Numbered from the stretch's first letter, positions 51,273 through 64,000 are shown. The stretch is DNA of 64,000 nt from Gemmatimonadales bacterium (GCA_035518815.1 DATIXG010000139.1:1206-65205), one strand, 5' to 3'. Numbers and translations: made by a program. The notes: a model not told the origin generated them from the sequence alone.

Positions 51273-51301
51273 AACGTACCCGCCGTCTGGAGGGTTGTCA
51301 A
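51273..51301 (-). promoter_or_regulatory. Candidate sigma-70-type promoter for the nuo operon
   Basis: On the minus strand: TTGACA (51301-51296), a 17-nt spacer, then TACGTT (51278-51273). This lies 32 nt upstream of the nuoA ATG. Confidence 0.35.
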
Positions 51302-51323
51302 CCGAACGAAGTGGCGTAAGTAT
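51295..51323 (+). promoter_or_regulatory. Candidate sigma-70-type promoter for dcd
   Basis: TTGTCA (51295-51300), a 16/17-nt spacer, then TAAGTAT (51317-51323). This lies about 27 nt upstream of the dcd ATG. Its -35 box overlaps the -35 box of the divergent nuo promoter. Confidence 0.3.
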
Positions 51324-51349
51324 CGGTGTGGCCGGTATATTGCGCGCCG

Positions 51350-51910
51350 ATGTCCATCAAATCCGACCGCTGGATCCGCCGGATGGCGCGCGAGCACAGG
51401 ATGATCGAGCCGTTCGCCGACACCCAGGTTCGCTCGGGCGCGATCTCCTTCGGTGTGTCATCTTATGGCTACGACATGCGGGTCGCCCCGGAGTTTCGGA
51501 TCTTCACGAACGTGCTGTCTGCGGTGGTGGACCCCAAGAACTTCGATTCCCGCTCATTCGTCGAGTTCATGGGCGACGTATGCATCGTCCCCCCCAATTC
51601 CTTCGCCCTGGCTCGCTCGGTCGAGTATTTCCGTATCCCCCGCAATGTGCTGACCCTCTGCGTGGGCAAGAGTACCTACGCGCGCTGCGGGATCATCACG
51701 AACGTCACGCCCTTCGAGCCGGAGTGGGAAGGGTTCGTGACCCTCGAGATCTCGAACACCACCCCGCTCCCCGCCAAGATCTACGCCAATGAGGGAATCG
51801 CGCAGGTGCTGTTCTTCACGGCCGACGAAGGGGACGAGTGCGAGCAGAGTTACGCCGACAAGAAGGGCAAGTACCAGGCGCAGACGGGGATCACCCTGCC
51901 GAAGCTGTAG
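51350..51910 (+). CDS. dcd: dCTP deaminase
   Basis: 186 aa from [12 protein letters not shown]. Motifs [18 protein letters not shown] and [16 protein letters not shown]. Confidence 0.92.
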   Translation: MSIKSDRWIRRMAREHRMIEPFADTQVRSGAISFGVSSYGYDMRVAPEFRIFTNVLSAVVDPKNFDSRSFVEFMGDVCIVPPNSFALARSVEYFRIPRNVLTLCVGKSTYARCGIITNVTPFEPEWEGFVTLEISNTTPLPAKIYANEGIAQVLFFTADEGDECEQSYADKKGKYQAQTGITLPKL

Positions 51911-53447
51911 TTTCCAGGAGATCGAGGCTCTCGATACGCAGGGCCGGCCGGCCGCGGACCTGCAAGGTCAGGAGATCGGCCTCGGCCTGCGCCCACTCGA
52001 GCGTCGCGAACCCGAATGGCTTCCCCGGAATCGGCAGATCGTCGAGCCCGGGCGTCGTGATCAGCACGAACCGTCCGCTCGGCGGTCCTCCCTTGTGCAG
52101 CTGGCCGGTCGAGTGGAGGTAGCGCGGTCCGTAGCCGACCGTGACCGCGGCGCCCAAGCGGTCCCGCAAGCGTAGTTGGACCGCTGCCAGCCGCTGGTCG
52201 GAGCCGGGGGTGGGCGGGAGATACGCGAGCAGCCCCAGGTAGTCACCGGGTCCGACTCCCTTGAGAAATCGCTCGAGGTCGGCGGCGCTCGCCGCAGGCG
52301 AGCGGCCCGCAGACGCGCCGCGCGCCAGCACCGCGTCCGTGTTCGCCTTGGCGGCGGCCACATCGGGCTGGTCGAAGGGATTGATGCCCAGGACGGCCCC
52401 CGCGACAGCCACCGCGAACGGCCAGCGAAACAGCTCGGCCCCGACGTCGTAACGGTCGCGCAGCTCGATCCGGACGACGGGGTGCCCCGCCGCTTCGAGC
52501 GCCGTGAGACGCCCGGCGGTGGCGTCATCGCGCTCGTCGGCGAGGGTGAGCGCGACGAACAGCCGATCGGGACCGTACGCGGCGGGCGGCCCGAGCGGCT
52601 CGTCAGCGACCGGCACGAGGCCCTTCCCCTCCTTGCCGGTGCTTTCAGCGATCAGCTGCTCCAACCAGAGTCCGAAGCTCGCGATGCCGCGGGACAAGAC
52701 GAGCGTAACCTTGTCCCGGCCGGCGAGCGCTGCCTCGCCGAGCACGGCGCCGAGCCGCAACCCGGGATGGTCGGCGGGCGCAGCCTCCGGCCCGCACGCG
52801 CGCGCCATCGCCAGGGCGCGGTCGACGAGCCGCGCCACGTCGATGCCGAGCAGGGCTGCCGGGACGAGGCCAAAGTACGACAGCGCCGCATAGCGGCCGC
52901 CGATGTCCGCCGGGTTGAGGAAGGTCCGGCGGAACCTGCGCGCGTCGGCGAGGGCGGCGAGGGCGGTGCCAGGGTCCGTGATGGCGACGAAGCCCGAGTC
53001 GCGCTCCCGGTCGCGGTGCAGGCCCCAGAAGTAGCGGAACATGCAATCGGTCTCGAGGGTGGTGCCCGACTTGCTCGAGAGCAGGTAGAGCTTCGGCGTC
53101 CCGGCGCCGACGCGCGCGGCGTCGGCCACGGCGCGCGGGTCCGTGCTGTCGAGCACGGTGAGGGACGGATGACCAGCGGCAGAGCCGAACGTGTCGCGCA
53201 GCATGATCGCGGCCAGACTCGACCCACCCATGCCGAGCAGGACGACGTGGGGGTAGTCGTGCCGGAGGTCCGCGGTGAACGCCTGGAGGTCCACCGCCTG
53301 GGCGCGCATCATCTCGCTCGAGGTGAGCCAACCAAGGCGATCGCGGATTTCGGGAGTGGCGGGATCGGGTTTCCAAACCGTGGGGTCGCGCGCCCAGATC
53401 CGCTGGGGCACGCGATCGGCGGCGAGCTGCGCGACACGCCGCTCCAC
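51891..53447 (-). CDS. pgi: Glucose-6-phosphate isomerase (SIS-type, transaldolase-associated PGI family)
   Basis: 518 aa with a GTG start. Motifs [19 protein letters not shown] and [11 protein letters not shown]. The 3' end overlaps the dcd 3' end by 20 nt (convergent genes). Confidence 0.85.
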   Translation of the reverse strand: MERRVAQLAADRVPQRIWARDPTVWKPDPATPEIRDRLGWLTSSEMMRAQAVDLQAFTADLRHDYPHVVLLGMGGSSLAAIMLRDTFGSAAGHPSLTVLDSTDPRAVADAARVGAGTPKLYLLSSKSGTTLETDCMFRYFWGLHRDRERDSGFVAITDPGTALAALADARRFRRTFLNPADIGGRYAALSYFGLVPAALLGIDVARLVDRALAMARACGPEAAPADHPGLRLGAVLGEAALAGRDKVTLVLSRGIASFGLWLEQLIAESTGKEGKGLVPVADEPLGPPAAYGPDRLFVALTLADERDDATAGRLTALEAAGHPVVRIELRDRYDVGAELFRWPFAVAVAGAVLGINPFDQPDVAAAKANTDAVLARGASAGRSPAASAADLERFLKGVGPGDYLGLLAYLPPTPGSDQRLAAVQLRLRDRLGAAVTVGYGPRYLHSTGQLHKGGPPSGRFVLITTPGLDDLPIPGKPFGFATLEWAQAEADLLTLQVRGRPALRIESLDLLETTASAG

Positions 53448-53478
53448 GGCGGCATCGAAGGGTCGCGGCCCGGACGGC

Positions 53479-53898
53479 TTAGGCGACGCGGCGGCGCTCC
53501 GCGCCGTACACGGTGATGAGCGCCGTGGCGGCGGCCAGGATCACGATATCCGCACCCCAGCCCAGCTCCAATCGCGGCACTGCCATTTGCAGGAAGGTCA
53601 TCACGAAGTCGAAGGCCCCGATGAGGAGCCCGAGCAGCACCGTGCGCGCCAGCGGGCGTCCGTACTGCGCCAGCACGCTGCCGGTGGCGAGCGCGACCGC
53701 GCCCTGCCCGGCCGCGACGGCCAGCACCGTCATCACGTCCCCGAACAAAGTGGCGAGCAGACCGGAGCGAGTCGAGATGTCGCTGAAGGCCAGCGTATGG
53801 ATCAGCACGATGAGGACGCCGGCGACCGCGGCGCAGACGATGGTCCACGCCGCGTAGTAGATGACGATTCGCATGTGGCTGCCGGCGTCGGGACTCAT
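53479..53898 (-). CDS. Hypothetical 4-TM membrane protein
   Basis: 139 aa from ATG 53898, preceded by GGAGG. Four hydrophobic stretches. No recognisable family. Confidence 0.5.
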   Translation of the reverse strand: MSPDAGSHMRIVIYYAAWTIVCAAVAGVLIVLIHTLAFSDISTRSGLLATLFGDVMTVLAVAAGQGAVALATGSVLAQYGRPLARTVLLGLLIGAFDFVMTFLQMAVPRLELGWGADIVILAAATALITVYGAERRRVA

Positions 53899-53943
53899 CG
53901 AGCCTCCGCGAGCCCACAATCTGGCGCGTGGTCGCGCCAGTCG

Positions 53944-56058
53944 CTAGCGCAGGACGGCAGTCGCGCGCTCGATCGCGTCGCGCGCCAGATCGACGTGCGC
54001 CGCGACGTCGAGCACTTCCCGCTCGGCGCTCGCCGCGTCCGCGTAGCGGATCGCCTCGCCAACCGACGGGAATGCCATCGTGGCGTAGCCGTTGTCCACG
54101 TCCGGCGCAAACTGGAGGCTGCGGTACCAGGGCCGGCCCGCGAGGCCCGCCGGACGCGTGAGCCGGCGCTCGACCTGCATCAACCACCTGTTGACCTGCG
54201 AGGCGCGTCCCGAGTCGAGGCCCGCGGCGAGGGCGGTGTCACGCGCGGCACTGAAGGCCCGGGCGGCGTCGGTGAAGTGGGTCAGGGCCGACTGGAGCGG
54301 AACGATGGACACGGGCCACGCCTGGCCCTCGATGGTCGCCGACAGATCGGTCGCCAGCTGGCGCATTTCCACGCCGAAGGCGACGTAGTCGAAGGGGAGG
54401 ATCTCGGCATTGGCCAGCCTGGCGACCGCGAGGCTTACGAGCTGCGTGACGACGCGGTGCGCGCGAAACCCCGGATCGCCGAAGCGCGCCATCCAGTCGT
54501 ACGTATCGTACACGGAGTGGTACACGCCGCTCGGCCCGCCGAAGCCCACTCCCATCATCGGAATGCCCATGTGGTGCGCGAACACCGCGAAATCGGAGCC
54601 CCCACCCGGGTTCTCGATCGCGGGACCCTGCGTGTCGGCCACCGCGTAGCGCCGCCACCCGTCGTATACCGTCCCGACGCCCCCCGGGTCGGCGACCATC
54701 CGCGTCAGGTCGCGGATGAACGGCTTGAGCGAGGGAGAGCCGGTGCCGCCGAACCGGAGACCATTTGCCACATCGTCCTCGTTGATGTAGGCGACGACAT
54801 GGGCGCCCACCTCGTCCTCGAGCTCTTCCACCCACTCGGTCGAGCCCATCAGTCCCCACTCTTCGGCATCCCAGGTTGCGAACAGCACGGTGCGCGCGGG
54901 CCGCGCCCCGTCGCGCGCCAGGGCGGCGAACGCGCGGGCTGTTTCGAGCACCGTGACCGTGCCGCTCACGTTGTCCGCCGCGCCCGGCGACCACGCGTCG
55001 CTGTGGGCCCCGACCACGATCCACTCGTCCGGGAAGGTCCTGCCCCGGATCATCGCGAACGTGTCCCACGCGGGGTGCATCGCACGGGCGCCTCGCTCGG
55101 CGCGGACCTGGAGCCGGAGGCGCGCAGGCCCGGGGCCAACCCCGAATCGCAGCGAGCCGGGGCCGTCCCAGCTCCCGGGCAGCGGGGTCTCCGCAAGGCG
55201 GGACAACACGCGCCGGGCGTTCGCGTACCCCATGGGGACCACCGGAATGTGCGGGACGGCGAGAGACTCCTCGGGTAGCCGGTGCGCGCCGGGGATCGAG
55301 GCTTCACTGGGCGTCGTCGGATCGCCGTTCAGGTTCAGGACGCTGCCTCGTTGAATTCCACCCAGGGGACGCATCGGCCCATCCGGATACGCCTCGCCGC
55401 GGAGGTAGCCGTCGTCCCGCGGGTCCGAATACAGCACCACGCCGGCCGCGCCGCGCTCCTCGGCTTCGCGAACTTTGATCCCGCGAAACGAGTGCCCGTA
55501 CCGGGCGATCACGATGCTGCCCCGCACCGTCACGCCGAGCGAATCGAGGACGTGGTAATCCTGACTGAGGCCGTAGTTCACGTAGACGACGGGGGCCGTG
55601 ACATCGCCGTTGCCACTGAAGGCGTTGAAGGGCAGCGGCTGGGGACCGGACGCGCTCCCCTTCGGCCCGACCGGCGGCTCGGCCAGGGCGAGGCGCTCGC
55701 CGTCGGCGCTGGGCGAGGCGTACAGCCAGGCGTGCACGATCTCGGGCTGCGGCAGGTAGAGGACGTATTCCTTGGTCCAAGGCTCGAGGCCGAAGGACCG
55801 GAACTTGTCGAGGATGTAGTCGCGAACGGCCGCCTGCGCCGGGGTGCCAGCCATGTGTGGCTGCGCGGCGAGATCCCGCGTCATGATCCTGGCCCGGGCG
55901 GCGTCCGCGCTCGAGAGCAGCCGGTGCTCGATCGCCCCCTCGGTCGCCGCCGAACGCGGCGAGAACCCCGTGTGCGGGCGCACCGGATCGTGGCCGCGCG
56001 CCGCCACAACGACGAGGGCAAGCGCGATGCTGCCGATCGCGAGCGGGGAGGCCTTCAC
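53944..56058 (-). CDS. M28 family zinc peptidase of the glutamate carboxypeptidase II / transferrin-receptor-like type (PA domain, M28 domain and TfR dimerisation domain)
   Basis: 704 aa with a GTG start and a signal peptide. The PA domain contains GSIVIARYG. Zinc ligand contexts are HSDAWSPGAADNVSG and WDAEEWGLMGSTEW. Has a C-terminal helical dimerisation-like tail. Confidence 0.85.
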   Translation of the reverse strand: MKASPLAIGSIALALVVVAARGHDPVRPHTGFSPRSAATEGAIEHRLLSSADAARARIMTRDLAAQPHMAGTPAQAAVRDYILDKFRSFGLEPWTKEYVLYLPQPEIVHAWLYASPSADGERLALAEPPVGPKGSASGPQPLPFNAFSGNGDVTAPVVYVNYGLSQDYHVLDSLGVTVRGSIVIARYGHSFRGIKVREAEERGAAGVVLYSDPRDDGYLRGEAYPDGPMRPLGGIQRGSVLNLNGDPTTPSEASIPGAHRLPEESLAVPHIPVVPMGYANARRVLSRLAETPLPGSWDGPGSLRFGVGPGPARLRLQVRAERGARAMHPAWDTFAMIRGRTFPDEWIVVGAHSDAWSPGAADNVSGTVTVLETARAFAALARDGARPARTVLFATWDAEEWGLMGSTEWVEELEDEVGAHVVAYINEDDVANGLRFGGTGSPSLKPFIRDLTRMVADPGGVGTVYDGWRRYAVADTQGPAIENPGGGSDFAVFAHHMGIPMMGVGFGGPSGVYHSVYDTYDWMARFGDPGFRAHRVVTQLVSLAVARLANAEILPFDYVAFGVEMRQLATDLSATIEGQAWPVSIVPLQSALTHFTDAARAFSAARDTALAAGLDSGRASQVNRWLMQVERRLTRPAGLAGRPWYRSLQFAPDVDNGYATMAFPSVGEAIRYADAASAEREVLDVAAHVDLARDAIERATAVLR

Positions 56059-56193
56059 GCGGATGGTTGCGGGCGCACGGGGGTCCTAGCGACGTATGCG
56101 GGTACGGTAAAGGTAGCCGAGGGCGGCAAGCCGGGGCTAGTGGAGGCGCGGCGGGTAGCTGGCCTTGCCTGCCGGAAGGCGCTAGGATGAAGC

Positions 56194-56481
56194 ATGCTGA
56201 TCGTCGCGGTGCTGTTGTTCACGGTGCTGCTGCGGTTGATCATCATCACCGTGGTGGTGTATCTCCTGCTGCCCGCGGGTCCGCTGTGCCCCCACTGCAA
56301 GATCGATATGGTTCCGATCCGCAATCGGTTCGTGGACACGTTCCTGCCCATGCTGCAGCGGCGCTGGTGCTTGGAGTGCGGGTGGAACGGCGTGACGCGC
56401 CGGATCCGCGCCGCCCGTACGCCGAGCGGCACCACGCCTCGCTCGCCCCGCACCACGCCCCAGGGACCTCCTCGTTCCTGA
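56194..56481 (+). CDS. Small membrane-anchored zinc-ribbon protein (hypothetical)
   Basis: 95 aa. N-terminal TM helix MLIVAVLLFTVLLRLIIITVVVYLLL. Followed by CPHC-x20-CLEC and a basic, Pro-rich tail. Third codon positions were 18/20 G/C in a 60-nt sample. AGGA lies 8 nt upstream of the ATG. Confidence 0.6.
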   Translation: MLIVAVLLFTVLLRLIIITVVVYLLLPAGPLCPHCKIDMVPIRNRFVDTFLPMLQRRWCLECGWNGVTRRIRAARTPSGTTPRSPRTTPQGPPRS

Positions 56482-56527
56482 CGAGGTGCGGCGCGCGCGC
56501 CTCGCCGAGCGGTACGAGCAACGTGGC

Positions 56528-56557
56528 TTGCTAGCGTCCCCGTCGCTCACGTATCAT
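56528..56557 (+). promoter_or_regulatory. Candidate sigma-70-type promoter for sdhCAB
   Basis: TTGCTA (56528-56533), an 18-nt spacer, then TATCAT (56552-56557). This lies 34 nt upstream of the sdhC ATG. A GC-rich palindrome at 56482-56504 follows the small ORF. Confidence 0.35.
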
Positions 56558-56591
56558 CTCCCCTTCGTCGCGCCCTCACCCCGGAGCCTGC

Positions 56592-57269
56592 ATGCGGCGG
56601 CTGCTGCGCCTGTCGCGCTCGCTGGTCGGCAAGAAGATGCTCATGGCCGTGACCGGCCTGGTCCTGTTCCTGTTCGTCATCGCGCATCTGTTCGGGAATC
56701 TCAAGGTCTTCCAGGGGCCGGACAAGTTCAACGCCTACGCGGAGGGCCTGCGCACGGTCGGGGCACCGTTCTTCCAACGTGGCGAGCTCCTCTGGGCCGT
56801 GCGGCTGGTGCTCGTGGCCGCGGTCCTGGTTCATGCGTGGGCGGCGCTCGAGGTCAGCCGGGCGAGCTGGCGGGCACGCCCGCAGGGGTATCGGCTCCTC
56901 GCGGCGAACGACACGACTTATGCCGCGCGGACGATGCGCTGGGGCGGCGTGCTGCTCGCGCTCTACGTGGTGTATCACCTCCTCGACTTCACCTTCGGCC
57001 GCGTGAACCCGGCGTATGAGCCGGGTAACGTCTACCACAACGTGCTGGCGAGCTTCCGGGCGTGGCCGGTGGCGGGCGCGTACATCGCCGCGTTGCTCGT
57101 GCTCGGGCTGCACATCTACCACGGGCTGTGGAGCGCGTTCCAGACGCTGGGGCTCAATCGCTCCCCCACCGCACACTGGCGCCGCGGCACGGCGGGCGTG
57201 ATCGCCGCCCTCATCGTGGGCGCGTACATCACCATCCCGGTTGCCGTGCTCGCCGGGCTGCTGCACTGA
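56592..57269 (+). CDS. sdhC: Succinate dehydrogenase / fumarate reductase cytochrome b subunit (b558-type, five TM helices)
   Basis: 225 aa. His residues sit in the TM helices ([32 protein letters not shown]). Lies immediately upstream of sdhA. Confidence 0.85.
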   Translation: MRRLLRLSRSLVGKKMLMAVTGLVLFLFVIAHLFGNLKVFQGPDKFNAYAEGLRTVGAPFFQRGELLWAVRLVLVAAVLVHAWAALEVSRASWRARPQGYRLLAANDTTYAARTMRWGGVLLALYVVYHLLDFTFGRVNPAYEPGNVYHNVLASFRAWPVAGAYIAALLVLGLHIYHGLWSAFQTLGLNRSPTAHWRRGTAGVIAALIVGAYITIPVAVLAGLLH

Positions 57270-57270
57270 C

Positions 57271-59180
<1,910 letters not shown>

Positions 59181-59184
<4 letters not shown>

Positions 59185-59959
59185 GCGGCGTCGTCCTCCA
59201 CGTGTGGCGCCAGGCGGCCCCCGCGACGCCCGGCCGGTTCGAGCGGTACCAGGTGGAGGGTGTGACGGCGGAGATGTCCTTCCTCGAGGTCCTGGACCTG
59301 CTCAACGAGACGCTGCGGGCGCGCCACGAGGAGCCGATCGCGTTCGACCACGACTGCCGCGAGGGCATCTGCGGCGCCTGCGGCATGGTGATCAACGGGC
59401 GGCCGCACGGGCCGCGCCGCGCGACCACGGCCTGCCAGCTCCACATGCGCCACTTTCCCCCGGGCGTCGAGATCTGGGTCGAGCCCTGGCGCGCGAAGGC
59501 CTTCCCCGTCATCAAGGATCTCGTGGTCGATCGGCGCGCGTTCGACCGGATCATTCAGGCGGGCGGCTTCGTCTCCGTGCGCACCGGGAGCGCCCCCGAG
59601 GCCAACGCCATCCCGGTGCGAAAGCACGACGCGGACCTCGCGATGGATGCGGCGGCGTGCATCGGGTGCGGCGCGTGCGTGGCGGCGTGTCCCAACGCAT
59701 CGGCGATGCTGTTCGTCGGGGCGAAAGTCGCGCACCTGGGCCTCCTGCCGCAGGGGCAACCGGAGCGCTACCAGCGCGCACGGCAGATGGTCGAGATGAT
59801 GGAGGCGGAAGGATTCGGGGCGTGCACCAACCACGGCGAATGCATGGCGGCCTGCCCCAAGGAGATCAGCATCGACTTCATCGCGGCACTGAACCGCGAC
59901 TACCTGCGCGCGGCCTTCGGCGCGTATCCGTCCGAAGGCGCCGGGGAGCCGACCGAAGG

Positions 59960-59963
<4 letters not shown>
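59181..59963 (+). CDS. sdhB: Succinate dehydrogenase iron-sulfur subunit
   Basis: 260 aa from GTG 59181, which overlaps the sdhA stop (GTGA). Cluster motifs [22 protein letters not shown] and [12 protein letters not shown]. Confidence 0.93.
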
Positions 59964-60889
<926 letters not shown>

Positions 60890-60915
60890 GAGGTGCCTTC
60901 CGGAGTGGCTACAAC

Positions 60916-61404
60916 TTACACGGCGGGCGGCGCCGCCCGCAAAGCATCGCTGGCGCCGTGCAGCTGGCGCAGCGCTTCGTACACGACGATGCCCGCGGCG
61001 GTCGCGAGGTTCAGACTGCGGATGCCATCGAGCATGGGGATGCGGTAGACCCGGTCGGCGTGGTCCGTCCGGATCTGCTCGGGCAGCCCGGCGGTCTCGT
61101 TGCCGAACACCAGCACGCTCCGGTTACGAAACGGGGCGTTCCAGAACGATTGCTCGCCGCGCGCGGAGAAGTAGAGGCAGCGCTCCTCCTCCACCGCCTG
61201 CCGGAACGCTGCCAAATCGCGATGGACCCACAGATCCACCGCATCCCAGTAGTCGAGTCCCGCGCGCTTGACCGTCGCGTCGTCGATGGCGAAGCCGAGG
61301 GGCTCGATGAGATGGAGCGCGGTGCCGGTGGCCGCGCAGAGGCGCGCGATATTGCCGGTGTTCGGCGGAATCTCAGGCGCGACCAGCGCGACGTGCAGTC
61401 CCAT
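60916..61404 (-). CDS. trmL: tRNA (cytidine/uridine-2'-O-)-methyltransferase TrmL (SpoU/TrmH family)
   Basis: 162 aa. Motifs PPNTGNIARLC, VFGNETAGLP and RIPM..GIRSLNLATAAGI. Confidence 0.85.
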   Translation of the reverse strand: MGLHVALVAPEIPPNTGNIARLCAATGTALHLIEPLGFAIDDATVKRAGLDYWDAVDLWVHRDLAAFRQAVEEERCLYFSARGEQSFWNAPFRNRSVLVFGNETAGLPEQIRTDHADRVYRIPMLDGIRSLNLATAAGIVVYEALRQLHGASDALRAAPPAV

Positions 61405-61419
61405 GACGCCGCGCCTGGC

Positions 61420-63231
61420 TCACCGCCCCGTGACACCGGTCGACAGCCCGCGCCACAGCTTCTCCTGGCGGGGGGTGGGCGACGGCGCGCGTGAGAGCGA
61501 ATAGCTCGCGGCGCTGCGCTCCTGCACCTGACTGGACAGGGAAAGCGTCTGGTCGCCGCGCTGGACCACGATGACGAGCGGGCTGCCGGCCTGCCCCTGG
61601 TAGCGGCGTCGAAACGCCGCACCCCAGTCGTCCTGGCCGCGGATATCGATGTCACCGACTTTCAGGAGGATGTCGCCCGGCTGGAGGCCGGCGGCGTCCG
61701 CAGCGCTCGATGGCTCGACCATCTGCACCACCCACTTGCCGTCCTCGGCCGGCGGGGCGCTGATCCCAAGAAACGGTACGCTCGTCATCTGCTTGCCGAC
61801 CGCGATGCCTGCCCGGGGGAACAGGGCTTCGTAGGGCAGCGGCTCGCGTCCATTGATGTAGCGCCGATAGAAGTCATCCGCGTCCGGCATGCCGAACTCG
61901 CGCAGCAGCGCCAGGAGCTGATCGGTGGTGAACCCCTTCCCCGCCTGGTAGTAGCGCGTGTACAGCGCCCGCATGACGTCGTCGAGACTGTGCGCATTGT
62001 CGGTCGCGTCGCGCATCGCGATGTCGAGCAGCATGCCGGTGAGTGCGCCCTTCGGATAGTACAGCTGCGAGCTGTTCACGAACACTTCGTTGATCCAGGT
62101 CGCGACGCTGCCGTCCTCCTCGCTCCACGGCTCGGGGGCCGACTCGACCTGCTGGATATCGGTCGTCGCGTTCCGCAGGAACTGGTCGCCGGTCCACAGA
62201 CCCGATCGCAACGCCGTCAGGTCCGCGTAGTAGTCCGTCACCCCTTCCGACCACCACAGCAGCGGTGTGTACTGCTCCGCGTGGTAGTCGTAGGGCCACA
62301 TCTCGGCCGGTCGGATGCGCTTCACATTCCAGAGGTGGAAGTACTCGTGCGCGAGCAGCGGCTCCATGAAGTCGCCCAGGTTGCCGGCGGGATCGGCGAA
62401 CGCGACCGTCGGCATGATGTCGTACTGCGACGACGCATGCTCGAGCCCGCCCCCGAACGAGATGGGCTCGCGGATGACGTTCAGGAAGACCGTGTAGTTG
62501 TCGTAGGGGGCCTTGCCCATGAGCCGGTTCTCCGTCTGGGCGATCTTGCCGAGGGCCGTGCGCAGGTTGCGCGCCGCTCCCGGTCCGTACGCGTCCCCCG
62601 GCCAGACGGCGAGCCGCAACCACTTCTTATCCACCTGAATCGAGTCGAGGGTGTACTTCCCGACGAACGTCTGGGCGTCCGCGAGCTCATGGTAGTCCGC
62701 GGCTGTGTACGGGCCGCTGCCCGATCCCTTGAGGGCCGTCGTCACCTGCCACGCCGCAGGCAACGCGAACCGCACCTCGGCGGGCCGGTCGAGCTTCCCC
62801 TCTTCGTACAGGAACAGATTGGTGCCCAGGAACTGGCCGAAATCGGGGAGCAGGCGCGCGAGCGAGAGGTCGATCGTATCGGCGAGACAGTCGAACGCGA
62901 CCGTCACACGCTCCTGCTTGTTGGTCGCAACACGCCAGGTGTCCTTGTCGAGCCGGTCCCACGGGAGCGACTGGCCGCCGGCTGAGGCGCTGAAATGGCG
63001 CACGTAGCGCGCGTAGTTCTGGATCTCGTAATTACCCGGGCTCCACGCCGGTAGCGAGACGTACAGGGTGTCCTGGTCCTTGGTGGGGAATTCGGCCTTC
63101 ACATGAAACAGCCGCGCGCTCGCCAGGATCACCGAGACTTCGTACTTGACGGCCTGTGCGGCCACAGGGGGAGCGGGGAGGGTGAAGGCGATTGCCACGA
63201 GCAGCGCGGGGCGCAGCACACCGACCGGCAT
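61420..63231 (-). CDS. M61 glycyl aminopeptidase family protein with a C-terminal PDZ domain
   Basis: 603 aa with a signal peptide. Zinc motif is HEYFHLWNVKR. The PDZ segment is GLQPGDILLKVGDIDI. Confidence 0.85.
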   Translation of the reverse strand: MPVGVLRPALLVAIAFTLPAPPVAAQAVKYEVSVILASARLFHVKAEFPTKDQDTLYVSLPAWSPGNYEIQNYARYVRHFSASAGGQSLPWDRLDKDTWRVATNKQERVTVAFDCLADTIDLSLARLLPDFGQFLGTNLFLYEEGKLDRPAEVRFALPAAWQVTTALKGSGSGPYTAADYHELADAQTFVGKYTLDSIQVDKKWLRLAVWPGDAYGPGAARNLRTALGKIAQTENRLMGKAPYDNYTVFLNVIREPISFGGGLEHASSQYDIMPTVAFADPAGNLGDFMEPLLAHEYFHLWNVKRIRPAEMWPYDYHAEQYTPLLWWSEGVTDYYADLTALRSGLWTGDQFLRNATTDIQQVESAPEPWSEEDGSVATWINEVFVNSSQLYYPKGALTGMLLDIAMRDATDNAHSLDDVMRALYTRYYQAGKGFTTDQLLALLREFGMPDADDFYRRYINGREPLPYEALFPRAGIAVGKQMTSVPFLGISAPPAEDGKWVVQMVEPSSAADAAGLQPGDILLKVGDIDIRGQDDWGAAFRRRYQGQAGSPLVIVVQRGDQTLSLSSQVQERSAASYSLSRAPSPTPRQEKLWRGLSTGVTGR

Positions 63232-63309
63232 GACCGACCTCCCGATACGACGCGCGGCTCCAACGGAACCGTCGGAGCCGCAGGTGGTTAATGCGCGCCA
63301 GGCCGCTTC

Positions 63310-63624
63310 TTAAGGGCTGACGCGTTCGCTTGCGTCCGCCACCATCGCGCGCAACTCCTTGCTGGGCTTGAAGACAGGCACGGGGCGCGCTGCCACCTCG
63401 ACCGGATCACCGGTGCGCGGGTTACGCGCCATGCGGGTCTTACGCTGGCGAATCTTGAACGTTCCAAACCCACGTATCTCAATGTTATGCTGCTCGGCGA
63501 GCGCGGCCTTCACCGCGTCCAGGAATGAGTCCACCACACGCGCGCAGTCCTTTTTGGAGATGAGGGGACCTGCGGTGCGTGCTATTTGTGCGGTGACTTT
63601 TTCTACTAGGTCGGCCTTCGTCAT
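63310..63624 (-). CDS. HU/IHF family DNA-binding protein
   Basis: 104 aa from MTKADLVEKV. Contains GFGTFKIRQRKTRMARNPRTGDPVEV...FKPSKEL. Confidence 0.88.
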   Translation of the reverse strand: MTKADLVEKVTAQIARTAGPLISKKDCARVVDSFLDAVKAALAEQHNIEIRGFGTFKIRQRKTRMARNPRTGDPVEVAARPVPVFKPSKELRAMVADASERVSP

Positions 63625-63685
63625 CCCGTCGTCCCCCTGAAGAGCTCCAAGGGTAGCCAAGCCGGGGGCCAACATACGGGCTTAC

Positions 63686-64000
63686 CTATTGAGTGTCAAG
63701 GGCTTGGAGAAATTGGCGAAAGTGGCCCTGTGCGTCGTGTGGGCCCGGTGACGCCTCGGGATGGTATTGGACGGCGAAGATTGGATACTCCCGGTGCCGC
63801 ACCCCTTCTACGGTGCCATCATTGAGGTTGAGGTGCGTGACTTCGAGCGCCGCAGCGCCCGGCACACCCGAAGTGTCGCCCTGCACCGCGAACCCGTGGT
63901 TCTGTGACGTGATAAGTACTTGGCCTGTAGCGAGATCCCGCACCGGATGGTTGCCGCCGCGGTGTCCGTACGGGAGCTTTACCGTCGTGCCGCCCAGCGC
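63686..64000 (-). CDS. carA: Carbamoyl-phosphate synthase small subunit, C-terminal part (5' end outside window)
   Basis: Frame is open to the window edge. Contains [20 protein letters not shown] and [14 protein letters not shown]. Confidence 0.88.
   Translation of the reverse strand, partial: ALGGTTVKLPYGHRGGNHPVRDLATGQVLITSQNHGFAVQGDTSGVPGAAALEVTHLNLNDGTVEGVRHREYPIFAVQYHPEASPGPHDAQGHFRQFLQALDTQ

Overview
Very GC-rich bacterial chromosomal segment. Third codon positions were almost all G/C in the three roughly 60-nt stretches I sampled (two in the lptB extension, one in the small ORF at 56194). Gene content points to a diderm, LPS-making, menaquinone (futalosine-pathway) respirer. A Gemmatimonadota- or Acidobacteriota-like origin is only a guess and cannot be verified here. 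The window is mostly core metabolism and is extremely compact. Nearly every gene from 116 to 51240 is on the minus strand, and many neighbours share overlapping start and stop codons. Blocks in coordinate order: (1) trpG/pabA-kdsB-pyrG-kdsA-kdsC-kdsD-lptC-lptA-like-lptB-rpoN-GT2 (116-11135, minus); (2) a plus-strand lipase-maturation-factor-like membrane protein; (3) a small accessory patch at 12.7-19.5 kb with a Ser/Thr kinase with TPR repeats, xerD, a REP-flanked RAYT transposase, an ICMT-type methyltransferase, DinB, two paralogous lipoproteins with a decayed third copy, and a PNPOx-family gene; (4) dedA-ispF-purE-like-mqnC-mqnA-mqnE-fabF-acpP-fabG-fabD-fabH-plsX-rpmF-yceD-ndk; (5) an EIIA-like/CBS protein, sucCD, a UPF0182-like protein and a phosphomannomutase; (6) a complete 14-gene nuoA-N operon (37301-51240); (7) dcd, pgi, an M28 peptidase, a small zinc-ribbon membrane protein, sdhCAB, mdh, trmL, an M61 peptidase, HU/IHF and partial carA. 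I saw no rRNA, tRNA or CRISPR array. No obvious multi-gene novel system (for example a defence island) is present. The observations most worth follow-up are the REP-RAYT unit, a 140-codon in-frame N-terminal extension on LptB, a divergent short PurE-fold gene translationally coupled into the mqn block, a CX5CX2C variant of the MqnE radical-SAM motif, a chimeric pseudogene recording a tandem duplication, and strong intercistronic hairpins. All functional calls rest on motif recognition by eye. No database search was run.
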